Source: Candidatus Atribacteria bacterium
Lineage (GTDB): Bacteria > Atribacterota > Phoenicimicrobiia > Phoenicimicrobiales > Stramentimicrobiaceae
Assembly: GCA_016934875.1 (NCBI GenBank)
Contig: JAFGSC010000320.1
Span: 1 to 35,427, forward strand
DNA: 35,427 nt
Reading direction: 5' to 3'
Within the stretch, counting starts at the first letter, position 1. Every line of letters begins with the position of its first letter. Shown piece after piece: positions 9,099-19,241 of this stretch. A program made the translations under genes and the position numbers. The notes under the pieces are model-generated. The model was given only the letters and a program-made list of their open reading frames with translations. It was not told the DNA's origin and made no database searches.

Positions 9099-10376
9099 CT
9101 AATCAAATAGCTCATTTGTATCAAACACATCAAGAAGCATGTTGTCACCATTTACAGAGTATACTTTTATAAAACCATGTATCTTATCCATCAATTTTGC
9201 TATTTCTTTTTTCGTTTTAACAGTGGCAAGGACTCTTAATACTACTTGTATTACTGTTCCGATAGCTGATTCAGGTATAACATCTCCCTCGCTATAATTG
9301 AGAATAACATCGATTACTCTCTCTAATGAATTTACCTCATCTACACCCACAATGCTGCCGATCTTCCCTGGTTTCACTAAATATTGGAGATTACATCCCC
9401 ATTCTTGATAATTGGGATTTACTAATGGTTTATTGGATTTTTCATACATTGTTCCCGTTAACGCTTGATTTATCATCATTTCTATTAAATTGATTCCATT
9501 CAGTTTTGAAATAATCTTATGTTCCATGGCAGCTGATAATCGAAAACCCATCTCGTGAAATACAAAATTTCCATTTTCCACAAAAGATTGGATAAACAAA
9601 TATCCATTTTTCAAACCAATAGATTTAAACATTGCTATAACCTTTGAATTCAGAGTTTCTTGATATCTTTTTAAATGTTTAGACGGAAAACTATGAGCAA
9701 CGGGTAGTGGAATCATTCCATCATACATATTTCTAATATACCTATCTGACATAGCACATAGACAAATTTCACCATTTTGAATAATATAATCAATGTTTGC
9801 TTCTTTTGCAGCCATATATCTTTCAACAAGCACTTTTTTACTGGAAGAGAAAGAAAGAGACTTTTCATAATTATTTAGCAATTCATTAGGGCTCTTACAA
9901 ATATGTATTCCCCTACCACCACTACTATCAACTGGTTTTATTAACACTGGATAAGAAATATATTTTATGTCTTGTAATGTAAATGGATAGTTTATTTTAT
10001 AATCTTCTACTACAGGCACATCAAACGTGCGACAAAGTTCTTTGAACCTCATCTTATTATTTAATATGTCCACTTGCTCTTTCGTGGTATAACAAGGTAT
10101 ACCGGCTTTTTCACAAATGGATTGATAATAGGCTGTCAATGATTCAGTAAATAAATTCAACACGCCATCAATTTTTTCCTCTTTTATCAACTTTACTACT
10201 GCCTCCACATCTGTTGCACTGACCATGAAACTCTTATCGGCAATCTTTTTCCCAGGAGATTCTTCTAGATAGTCAGTTACCAAGACATAAATACCCTGCT
10301 TCTTTGCCTGCTTTATAATCTCACAGGAAGGATATGTTCCTCCTAAAATTAACAGTTTTTTTCCTTCTAAATCCAT
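9099..10376 (-). CDS. ATP-grasp domain protein, paralogue B (divergent)
   Basis: 425 aa with the same architecture (KKLLILGG, IKPVDSSGGRGI, ERYMAAKE, HEMGFR). By eye it is much less similar to A, C and D than they are to each other. A GGGAG Shine-Dalgarno sequence sits upstream. Confidence 0.85.
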   Translation of the reverse strand: MDLEGKKLLILGGTYPSCEIIKQAKKQGIYVLVTDYLEESPGKKIADKSFMVSATDVEAVVKLIKEEKIDGVLNLFTESLTAYYQSICEKAGIPCYTTKEQVDILNNKMRFKELCRTFDVPVVEDYKINYPFTLQDIKYISYPVLIKPVDSSGGRGIHICKSPNELLNNYEKSLSFSSSKKVLVERYMAAKEANIDYIIQNGEICLCAMSDRYIRNMYDGMIPLPVAHSFPSKHLKRYQETLNSKVIAMFKSIGLKNGYLFIQSFVENGNFVFHEMGFRLSAAMEHKIISKLNGINLIEMMINQALTGTMYEKSNKPLVNPNYQEWGCNLQYLVKPGKIGSIVGVDEVNSLERVIDVILNYSEGDVIPESAIGTVIQVVLRVLATVKTKKEIAKLMDKIHGFIKVYSVNGDNMLLDVFDTNELFD

Positions 10377-10655
10377 CTATATTTCTCCCTACCTAACTGC
10401 TGTTCTATTGAACGGCAACAGCAATTATTAATTATTGAGAAAGTAATCAATTAATAATAATGCTCTTGATCTACTGTTATCCTCAGTAAATTAAGGATAT
10501 AGTCCATGCCTTCTAAACTGTTCTTTGATCAAAGGGCAAAGGCAATATATTGGCAATACTAAGACTCAATCTTATGACCTACATTATTTCATGTCTTTTA
10601 GGCCAAAGAGTATGGATATAAAAAACTTAATTATTTTTGGATATTTTTTCCAAAA

Positions 10656-12611
10656 TTATCTCAAGATGCTCCAATCCTTTTCTTTATATTTATATATTTT
10701 ATATTTTTGAGTAACATAAATTAGTAGTAGTATTATTATGCCAAAAATATCTGTAGTGTACTCTCCACCAATCAATAAGATAGCCCCAATGAAACTTAGA
10801 ACCCGTCCAATTATACCGACCTTCATCAAAGCAAATCCTTCCATACTTATTCCTAATAATATTACACCGATACATGCGGAAACAATTGATGTAAGGATTT
10901 TAAAAGGTGAGCCCACCATGATTAAAGAGGGATTATATATAAACATAAAGGGTATAATAAACCCTATTAATCCAATTTTAACAGCTTCATAAGAAGTTTT
11001 AAACATATCAGCATTTGCAATGCCAGCTGCAGCATAAGAAGAAATTGCCACAGGTGGAGTAATGTAAGAAATAACGGCAAAGTAAAACACAAAAAGATTA
11101 GCTGCCATTGGCAGAATACCACTTTTAACCAGAACTGGGACTACCAGAATAGAAGGGACAATATATGCAACACTTGCGGTCACGCCCATTCCTAAGATTA
11201 AAGAAGTGATCATTGTTAGACCCAAAATTAAGATTGTGTTTTCATTAGCAAAAGAAATAATGATATTAGAAATACGTAAAGATAAACCAGTTATAAGAAC
11301 GACATTCATGATTATTCCTGCCATGGCTACAGCTGCAGATAAACTAACTGCTATTTTCGCACTTTTCAATATACAATTCAATAAATTATTAATGATAATG
11401 CTTTTTTCTTCTTTTAAATTTTTTAATATATAAATAATCAACATCGTTATTATAGCCCAAAAAGCACTAATCTGTGGACTCATTCTTTTAAATAATAAAA
11501 AATATATTAATACTAACATGGGCAAAAACAAGTACCCTTCACTTTTCAAAGTAATAAAAAATTTTGGAACACCAGAACTTTCCAAGCCCTTTATACCTAA
11601 CTTGTTTGCTCTTAAATGAATTATCCAAAATACTGAGAAAAAATAAAGAATTGCCGGTATCAGGGCTGCCTTAACTACATCAAAATAGCTTACATTCATT
11701 AGTTCTGCCATGATAAAGGCAACTGCACCCATTACTGGTGGCATAATAACTCCACCCGTTGAAGCAACTGCCTCCACAGCCCCGGCAAAATGCGGAGAAA
11801 AGCCAAGTTTTTTCATCATGGGAATCGTAAAAGAACCTGTGGTTACTATGTTGGCAACTGAACTCCCAGAGATAGAACCGAAAAATCCACTCGCTATTAC
11901 AGCTATTTTTGCCGGTCCGCCACTTGATTTTCCGGCTAGTGACTTAGCACTTTTTATAATCAATTCGCCACAGCCAGAAACTACACTTAATGTTCCTAAA
12001 AAAATAAAGAGATAAATATATTTAGAAGTTACAATCATAGGTAGTCCCCAAATTCCCTGAGTTGTTGTGTATAAAGAACTAGCTAGATATTTAATATTAA
12101 TGCCACTGTGCCTTATTGGTCCGGGTATTACCTTACCAAATATGGCATAAAGTAAAAAGAAAACAGTAATTATTGGAAGAATCGGCCCAAAGGTTCTTCT
12201 TCCTAACTCCATAAAGATAAAAACTAGAACATAGGCCATAATAGTTTCTAATAATGTAATATATCCATAACGCAACAAAATACTATCATGAAAAATAATT
12301 ATATAGAGTGGCAGACAAATACCAATTATTGTTAGAGCATTATCAAAAGTAAGACATTTCCCCTTAGGCCTCCTCTCTTTAGAAAAGGGAAAAAGAATAA
12401 ATCCTATGGAGAGAATAAATGTTGCATAAAAACTAACTTGTTTTAAGGGATCCAATATGCCAAAATAAGCTATATACATTTCGAATAAGAATAGCGCAAG
12501 ACTTGTAGCTAATAGATATATTTTTGTAGGTGTTCTAAAATCACCCCTAAAAATAACTCTTGCGTTTTCTTTTATTGAGTCAATCTTTTCTTCTTTTTTT
12601 ATTATATTCAT
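10656..12611 (-). CDS. TAXI-type TRAP transporter fused permease (system 2)
   Basis: 651-aa polytopic ORF that is colinear with the system-1 permease (..GKSSGGPAKIAVIASGFFGSISGSSVANI.., ..ITPPVAISSYAAAGIANA..). Confidence 0.9.
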   Translation of the reverse strand: MNIIKKEEKIDSIKENARVIFRGDFRTPTKIYLLATSLALFLFEMYIAYFGILDPLKQVSFYATFILSIGFILFPFSKERRPKGKCLTFDNALTIIGICLPLYIIIFHDSILLRYGYITLLETIMAYVLVFIFMELGRRTFGPILPIITVFFLLYAIFGKVIPGPIRHSGINIKYLASSLYTTTQGIWGLPMIVTSKYIYLFIFLGTLSVVSGCGELIIKSAKSLAGKSSGGPAKIAVIASGFFGSISGSSVANIVTTGSFTIPMMKKLGFSPHFAGAVEAVASTGGVIMPPVMGAVAFIMAELMNVSYFDVVKAALIPAILYFFSVFWIIHLRANKLGIKGLESSGVPKFFITLKSEGYLFLPMLVLIYFLLFKRMSPQISAFWAIITMLIIYILKNLKEEKSIIINNLLNCILKSAKIAVSLSAAVAMAGIIMNVVLITGLSLRISNIIISFANENTILILGLTMITSLILGMGVTASVAYIVPSILVVPVLVKSGILPMAANLFVFYFAVISYITPPVAISSYAAAGIANADMFKTSYEAVKIGLIGFIIPFMFIYNPSLIMVGSPFKILTSIVSACIGVILLGISMEGFALMKVGIIGRVLSFIGAILLIGGEYTTDIFGIIILLLIYVTQKYKIYKYKEKDWSILR

Positions 12612-12952
12612 AATCCCTACATAATTTATAATCTTGATATAGTATTCTATTAATTAAAAGAACTGTAAGTAATCCATCTAATAATTTAATTTATTAATTA
12701 CTTCCATTAGTTCTTTCATATAGATAAATTGATATAGTAATCATAATTTAATTATTCTCTGGGGAAGGCTCCACTTTATTGAATATGTAATGAAAGCCCA
12801 GGCTTCTATTCTATATAATTTCATAATAATAAGGAAAGGATATATGAATAATATCATATAATATATGCTCATATCTTATATCTTTGAATGTAGCCATCTG
12901 TTTATATTTACAAAAAATTCAATCAGGGCATTTGCTGAAATGTTCAATTAAA

Positions 12953-13924
12953 TTACTGGATTAACCCTTTTTCCATAAAAAATTTCTCTGAACCTCTATG
13001 CAGTGGTACAACAATTGATCTGATTCCATCTTCAATAGAAAGACCTTTCTCTGGCGGGTACATTTCTGCTATTTCATTCAGATGGTTAAAAAATGTTTTC
13101 GTTAAATTATAAGCTAAATCTTCATCAAAAGAAGCATCACAGGCAATAAAAGGAATAGTTCCAATACTATTAATGTCCTCAGCCAGATTATAAGAATCTT
13201 TCGTTATAGTAAATCCCACGTAATAAGGGTATTTTTCGACTATTTTTTTTACATATTCATTAGTTAAAGGCACAATAGTAAAACCACTTGCCAATAAATC
13301 CATTATAACTGCCGAACCGAGATTCACCCAAAAAATTCCTGCATCGACACGTCCATCCTTAAGTGCCTCGGCTCTGTCCATCCTGCCACCACGAAAGAAA
13401 CTCATGTCCCCCTCTTTGAGTCCATAAATATCAAACAAAGCTTCTGCAATAATATTAAGAGAGGCACCTCCTAAAGGTCCTATACCAACTCTTTTACCTC
13501 TTAAATCCAAGGGAGTTTTTATAAGTGAATCTTCAGAAACTATTAAATATAAAGGACCTCCCATGAAATTATACAATGTTCTCATTCCTCTATAAGCTTT
13601 ACCTTCAAAATCTCCAATTCCTTCATATTTTAAATATCCTATATCAGCGGTTAAGAATGCTATTTCTGCCATTTTTTGCTCTAATAACATTAAATTATGT
13701 GGAGTTCCTGCTGAAGTTTGAACAGTTACAGTTATTCCTGGGAGATATTTTTCCCAGATAGCACCTATGGCTCCTCCAAATGGATACCAACCACCCCCTT
13801 GAGAAGAAGTGCTGATAGTGATAAACACATCCTTATAAGGTTGTTCTTCTGAAGTTGCAAATGCATTTTCAGCAAAGGTAAATAGAACCAAAGTCAAAAG
13901 GAATAATAATAAAAATCTTTTCAT
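12953..13924 (-). CDS. TAXI-family TRAP solute-binding receptor (system 2)
   Basis: 323 aa with a signal peptide (MKRFLLLFLLTLVLFTFAENAFA). It carries the SSQGGGWYPFGGAIG motif and the C-terminal PLHRGSEKFFMEKGL. Confidence 0.9.
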   Translation of the reverse strand: MKRFLLLFLLTLVLFTFAENAFATSEEQPYKDVFITISTSSQGGGWYPFGGAIGAIWEKYLPGITVTVQTSAGTPHNLMLLEQKMAEIAFLTADIGYLKYEGIGDFEGKAYRGMRTLYNFMGGPLYLIVSEDSLIKTPLDLRGKRVGIGPLGGASLNIIAEALFDIYGLKEGDMSFFRGGRMDRAEALKDGRVDAGIFWVNLGSAVIMDLLASGFTIVPLTNEYVKKIVEKYPYYVGFTITKDSYNLAEDINSIGTIPFIACDASFDEDLAYNLTKTFFNHLNEIAEMYPPEKGLSIEDGIRSIVVPLHRGSEKFFMEKGLIQ

Positions 13925-14070
13925 AATAAAATCCTCCGTATATTAAATTTATTTTTATCGATATTGTACAAGCTTAAATATTTCTATACAGCATTTTCAA
14001 AAGAAATAAACTTATAAAAGTTGAATCATTCAATTTTCAAATTTCGTTTCTACCTATTTATAAGATAATT

Positions 14071-15339
14071 TTAGAATGAATAGGGATTAAAAGAATCCAA
14101 AAGCATATTTTTGCCCTTTTCATCCTCAACTTCAATCGTTGTATTGATCTCTTCTATGAGTCTTGCCAGCTCGTTTTTAGTATTCGCCTTAATAAATATC
14201 TTACTCATACACTGGTCAAGTGTTCCTATTTGAGTAATCGCACCTCCCTCTTTATGCCTATGATATATACCAAATATTTCTGGAAAAGCAGCGATTTTAT
14301 CAAACCCTTTCATTTTCGCTATCTTTCCTTTTCGGGCAACTTGGAAAAGAATACATGCCCACCTATCAAATTCAGGTATATCCAGCTCTTTGATTGAATA
14401 TCCTTTCATCTCCCCTGTAAGAGCATGTCTGATCATCATCTCCACCGTATCAATCCTATTCATTTCCTTAATGATTTTATGAACCAGAACTCCTATAAAT
14501 CTGAAACCTGCTTCATGAATACATACTCTCTCCTGATGTATGAAAGCTTCAATAAATAGCACACCATTTTTGATGTTTAGTAACTTACATAAATTAACTA
14601 CCTTTTTATGGTCGGTATTCTTAAAAGTAGTCAGGTGTTTTGAAGGAAAAATAAGTGCTGTAGGAATTTTTATGAATCCTCTTTGTTCTTTAGTTGAATA
14701 GCGGTCACACATAGCCGATAAGCTCACATAGCCGTCTTGTATTGTATAAAATAATAAAACCTGTTCCCCGGACATATACTCCTCAAACAGCACTTTTTTT
14801 CTTTTCGAAAAACCCAAGGACTCCGGGAATCTCTCTCGAAGCTCTTTCTCCGTCTCACAAATGAATATACCCTTACCAGCTCCAGAATCAACTGGCTTAA
14901 TCACGACAGGATAGTGAATAGAAAGAATCCTTCCAGTAGCATCCCAATCAGTTAGCTCATATTCTTTCACTACCTGTAGTCCAAGTTCAGCACAAACTTT
15001 TTTGAATTTATCCTTGTTGGTCATAATGTTAATCTGTTCTGCTGTAGCATAAAAGGGAAAGTGTAATTGATCACAGACTTGCTGACAATATATCAGCATC
15101 GAATCCAGATAGGCCGTGAATACACCGTCAACTTTTAACCTCTTTGCCAGCTCTACAACTGCAGCTACATCTGTGGTACTGATTAAATAGCTTTCATCAG
15201 CAATCTGTTTTGCCGGAGAATCTACTAAATAATCCGCTACGATAACATGCACACCCAGTTCCTGTGCTCTCTTTACATAATCAATAGTATGCATGATACC
15301 TCCCAGCAATAATAATTTTTTTCCTTTTAAATCAGACAT
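14071..15339 (-). CDS. ATP-grasp domain protein, paralogue C
   Basis: Close paralogue of A and D. I place the start at the internal ATG (MSDLKGKK, 15339), which is colinear with A, rather than at the ORF-track start of 15360. Motifs: IKPVDSGAGKGI, EEYMSGE, HEAGFR. Confidence 0.85.
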   Translation of the reverse strand: MSDLKGKKLLLLGGIMHTIDYVKRAQELGVHVIVADYLVDSPAKQIADESYLISTTDVAAVVELAKRLKVDGVFTAYLDSMLIYCQQVCDQLHFPFYATAEQINIMTNKDKFKKVCAELGLQVVKEYELTDWDATGRILSIHYPVVIKPVDSGAGKGIFICETEKELRERFPESLGFSKRKKVLFEEYMSGEQVLLFYTIQDGYVSLSAMCDRYSTKEQRGFIKIPTALIFPSKHLTTFKNTDHKKVVNLCKLLNIKNGVLFIEAFIHQERVCIHEAGFRFIGVLVHKIIKEMNRIDTVEMMIRHALTGEMKGYSIKELDIPEFDRWACILFQVARKGKIAKMKGFDKIAAFPEIFGIYHRHKEGGAITQIGTLDQCMSKIFIKANTKNELARLIEEINTTIEVEDEKGKNMLLDSFNPYSF

Positions 15340-15434
15340 ATTACCCCATACCTCAATCATTATTTTGTATTTTCAGAAATGTTAATTCATCGCATATCAA
15401 CTCTAAATATTTCTCGTAATAGTATATTCTCTAT

Positions 15435-16426
15435 TCACACCGTATTGTTCAAGTACCATTTAATAGTTTCCTTCATCCCCTGCTCAAAGGTGTAAGCAGG
15501 TTCCCAATCTAAATGAGCTGTTATTTTCGTATTATCAATGGCATATCTTCTGTCATGCCCAGATCTATCTTTTACATATTTAATCAATTCCTCCGACTTA
15601 CAAAGCGTTTCTATAATTACTTTGACTATCTCAATATTAGCCTTCTCGTTATTACCTCCAATGTTGTAAATCTCTCCATCCACAACACTATGTAAAACTA
15701 TATCAATGGCAGAACAGTGACCAGATACATGCAGCCAATCTCTAACCTGCATCCCATCGCCATAGACAGGCAAATTTTTCTCTTTCAAACAGCTAACTAT
15801 CATAAGTGATATCTGTTTTTCAGGAAATTGATACGGACCGTAAAAATTACTACAACGTGTAATGTTAACCGGTATACCAAAGGTCTCTTGATAAGCCCTA
15901 ACAATCATATCCGCACTTGCTTATGATGCAGATATGGGCTGTTGGGAAGTAATGGCATCGTCTCTATAAACATACCCGTTGCGCCTAAAGCTCCTTATAC
16001 CTCATCGGTTGACACCTGCAGGAATTTAACTCCTAGTTTATACTCTTTGTAGTATTTATCGTCAAGATTAAGTTTCCAATGTTTTTTAGCCATATCAAGT
16101 AATACCTGAGTACCGATGATGTTCGTTGTCAGAAACACCTCTGGTTCTTCAATACTTCTATCTATGTGGGATTCCGCTGCAAAGTTCACCACAATATTAA
16201 TATCATATGATATAAATATCTCATCCATCTTTGCTCTATCCCTGATGTCCGCTTTGATAAAAATATAGTTTTGGTTATCCGATATATCTTTTAGGTTTTC
16301 CAGATTACCTGCGTATGTCAACACGTCCACATTTATGATTTTATGGTCCGAATGCCTGTCCAATATCATTTTGACAAAATTACTACCTATAAATCCGGCA
16401 CCGCCTGTGATAAGAATGTTTTTCAT
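15435..16426 (-). pseudogene. rfbB: dTDP-glucose 4,6-dehydratase, inactivated
   Basis: The N-terminal half (MKNILITGGAGFIGSNF...STDEV) and the C-terminal half (MIVRAYQETFGIP...WYLNN) are colinear with RfbB. The 15921-15997 junction carries a TAA in place of the Tyr after STDEV (15995-15997), a 1-nt deletion near 15932, and a TAA at the Lys position of the catalytic Y-x-x-x-K (SAS*ASADMIV, 15921-15923). Confidence 0.85.
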
Positions 16427-16461
16427 TTTTGCATTCCTTTTTCTTTCCAATTTGTGAGTTT

Positions 16462-17218
16462 TTATTCATTTATTAAAGACAAAATATATTTCCAATAATC
16501 CGTCATCTTTAGGCTTTCACCAATTGCTATTAACTTCTCGCTATTAATAAAGCCTCTGCGCCATGCAATTTCCTCTAAGCACGATATGTAGAACCCCTGC
16601 CTTGACTGCAGCACACTGCCTCAATATACTCAGCAGATTTGAGCATACCCTCTGGTGTTCCAATATTGAGCCAAGCCATGCCACGTCCGAGCAAAATTAC
16701 GTTAAGTTCTCCCTTCTCTAAATATGCGTTATTGACAGCAGTAATTTCCATCTCTCCACGAGCAGATAGCTTGATGTTCTTCGCTATCTTGACAACTTGA
16801 TTATCATAGAAATAAAGTCCTGGAACTGCGTAGTTTAATTTTGGGTCCTGTGGTTTCTCTTCAATTGAGATTGCTTTATAATTTTGATTGAATTCCACTA
16901 CCCCAAAGGAACGTGAATCTTTCACCGGATATCCGAATGATAACTGCCCCTTTTTCCAGTTCTTTCGCACGATTAAGCACTCTTGTTAAATCTTGCCCAT
17001 AAAAAACATTATCACCAAGTATTAAGCATACACTATCATCACCGATGTATGCTTCTTCCAAAATAAATGCATCAGCAATTCCCCTAGGAGTTTCCTGTAC
17101 CTTGTAAGAAAATTCAAACCCGAGTCTAGAACCATCTCCAACAGTTGTTCATAAACTGGGGTATCTTCTGGGGTTAAAATCATGTTACTTTTCCTCCTGC
17201 TAAAATTATACCTTTCAT
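16462..17218 (-). pseudogene. rfbA: Glucose-1-phosphate thymidylyltransferase, inactivated
   Basis: It starts MKGIILAGG (ATG at 17218, GGAGG upstream) and then jumps to ..ILTPEDTPVYEQLL, so roughly 45 codons including the G-x-G-T-R loop are lost. At least three further frame changes follow, near 17140, 16945 and 16615. The pieces read GDGSRLGFEFSYKVQETPRGIADAFILEEAYIGDDSVCLILGDNVFYG / [29 protein letters not shown]...ARGEMEIT / [21 protein letters not shown] (stop at 16462-16464). Confidence 0.85.
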
Positions 17219-17258
17219 ATCATAGCCTCCAATCTTTTATCTTCGCCGGTAGCATACA

Positions 17259-18362
17259 TTATGGTTGTTTGTTTAAAATAATATTACAAATTCTATCTAC
17301 ATCTTCCAAAACTAAATCAGCGTAAAGTGGCAGCGTCAGCACCCTGTTCGCTATGTATTTTGCAACGGGCGTTTTTTCAACATCAAATCTGTCTTTGTAG
17401 CACTCAAAATTGTTGGTGAGAGGGTAGAAATATTTCCGAGCATAGATACGCTCGGCTTTCAGTTTCTCAAACACCTCATCACGGCTCATCTGATACTCAT
17501 CAAATACTACTGGGAAATAAGCATAATTGCTCTTCACTCCTAGTTGAGGTTCGGATAACTTGATTCCATTAATATTATTTAATCTTTCAACATATCTCTC
17601 TACTACAGCTTTTCTCTTTTCTATCTCGCCCTCAATATAACGTAGATTACAAATACCCATAGCAGCCTGGAATTCATTCATTTTAGCATTTCCACCGACA
17701 TACTCAACAGATTCTGGTCCTATAATACCAAAGTTCTTTAAGTCATTTAATCTTTTAGTCAGCTTTTCATTCCTAAATGTTATTGCTCCGCCCTCAATAG
17801 TATTGAAAACTTTAGTAGCATGAAAACTGAACATTGAGGCATCGCCAAAATTTGCAATCCCAACACCGTTAATCATTACTCCAAAGGCATGAGCAGCATC
17901 ATAAATAACCGTGAGATTATGCTTCTTCGCTATCCTTTCAATCTCATTAACATTGCAGATATTTCCATAGACATGGACAGGGATGATAGCAGATGTCTTG
18001 TCTGTTATCAGAATCTCCAGTTTGTCCGTATCTATAGTGTAATCATCTGGATTAATATCACAAAATATCGGCTCCAAACCATCCCTTACTATGGCATGAG
18101 TTGTCGAAGCAAATGTGAAGGGCGTCGTGATAACTTCCCCAGTAAGATTAAAGGCTGCTATAGCGCACTCCAATGCCAAGTGACCGTTGGTAAAAAGCGT
18201 AATATTAGGAGCGTATAAATAACTAGACAACTCCGCTTCCAATTGCTTATGTTTTATACCCATATTAGTCAACCAGTGGCTGTCCCACAGGTCTTTAATT
18301 TCTTCAATATACTCCTCAAATTTTGGCATTGAAGAACGGGTTACTTGGATTGGTTTATTCAT
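17259..18362 (-). CDS. DegT/DnrJ/EryC1/StrS-family PLP-dependent sugar aminotransferase
   Basis: 367 aa. The GHLALE, IPVHVYG, DAAHAFG and SFHATK (PLP lysine) motifs are all present and the ORF is intact. Confidence 0.9.
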   Translation of the reverse strand: MNKPIQVTRSSMPKFEEYIEEIKDLWDSHWLTNMGIKHKQLEAELSSYLYAPNITLFTNGHLALECAIAAFNLTGEVITTPFTFASTTHAIVRDGLEPIFCDINPDDYTIDTDKLEILITDKTSAIIPVHVYGNICNVNEIERIAKKHNLTVIYDAAHAFGVMINGVGIANFGDASMFSFHATKVFNTIEGGAITFRNEKLTKRLNDLKNFGIIGPESVEYVGGNAKMNEFQAAMGICNLRYIEGEIEKRKAVVERYVERLNNINGIKLSEPQLGVKSNYAYFPVVFDEYQMSRDEVFEKLKAERIYARKYFYPLTNNFECYKDRFDVEKTPVAKYIANRVLTLPLYADLVLEDVDRICNIILNKQP

Positions 18363-18732
18363 ACTATTCGCCTCACAATCGAATATTTATAAAACTCCTT
18401 TTTTGAAATTGCCATCATAATCATTTCTACAAATTTACTATTGCCCCTATTTTTCGTATCTCCTATTATAATATGGAATTCAGCGCCGCGATTTATAAAG
18501 TTAATACTCCCTAGAATTATTAGGCTTAAATATTATCTTCATCCATAGCTTCAACTATAGAACAAAGGATAGTTGTGTTTTAGTTTTACATATAATGGAC
18601 ATACCATCTATAATCCACATCTAAATTTATGAAGTAGAATGGTGCCCTTAAATAATTTATCAATTCACTGTCATTGAGCCACTTACTTATCTTTAGTATA
18701 TCTTTTTTACGAAGTCCTCTCAGTTTATACAT
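18363..18732 (-). pseudogene. GNAT-family N-acetyltransferase relic
   Basis: Reverse frames give MYKLRGLRKKDILKISKWLNDSELINYL.. (a typical GNAT N-terminus, ATG at 18732), then a stop. In another frame: ..INFINRGAEFHIIIGDTKNRGNSKFVEMIMMAISKKEFYKYSIVRRIV (a motif-A-like region). The relic runs directly into the start of the next gene, so its C-terminus is missing. Confidence 0.45.
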
Positions 18733-19229
18733 TTTCTCATCTCCCCTACTAAAAACTTCATATCATCTATACTATAGGTTACGTCTGTTGAGAGATAAGC
18801 GCCATCAGATACTCCAAAGTACTTATAGGCAGAGTATATCGTATCTATCCCATCTAGCGGCTTTTGAAAGAAGGCTTGAACGTTATCGAGTATGATTTGA
18901 CCGAATCGATCTTTTAGCTCAAGGACTTTACTATTTATCAATTGCCCGAAATAGTTGACAACAAAAAGATATTCTTCATCAGCAAGAGTTTTATTGAATA
19001 TTGGCATAAATGCAGCATCTACATTATAATATTTAAAACTATAGCCATTTCTACTACACATTTCGCTCACAACGTTAACAAGGCAATAAGGGATGTAAAT
19101 CTTATTTATATTTCTGGCTTTGAGAAGATATAAAAGCGCATTTCTCCCATTGTTGAGAGGTATCAAGTCCTTATAATTTTCATTACTCATAAGCTGCTCT
19201 AAACCAAAATAACCCCCTATTTCTTTCAT
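18720..19229 (-). pseudogene. N-terminal ~45% of an aminotransferase-like protein commonly linked to WbqC genes (3'-truncated)
   Basis: The 169-aa ORF (MKEIGGYFGLEQL...LNNGRNALLYLLKA...YKYFGVSDGAYLSTD) resembles the N-terminal part of roughly 370-aa DegT-like proteins. It ends where the GNAT relic begins, with no downstream continuation in any frame. Confidence 0.4.
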
Positions 19230-19241
19230 TCATAACACCTC

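Noticed and set aside
10523-10534. A perfect 12-bp palindrome, ctttgatcaaag, lies about 150 nt upstream of ATP-grasp B. I considered it as a candidate operator.
   Set aside because: It is a single occurrence. I found no matching site upstream of the other modules, and no regulator gene is in the window. Short AT-rich palindromes are common by chance.
15921-15997. I considered whether the in-frame TAA codons in rfbB reflect stop-codon reassignment or recoding.
   Set aside because: The two TAAs replace different residues (Tyr and Lys) and are accompanied by a frameshift. TAA is also used as an ordinary stop by many intact genes in the window. Decay explains this better than an alternative code.
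16575-17061. ORF-track entries 16575-16970 and 16876-17061 read as two separate small genes.
   Set aside because: They are consecutive frame-shifted pieces of a single RfbA homologue (see the pseudogene at 16462-17218), not independent genes.
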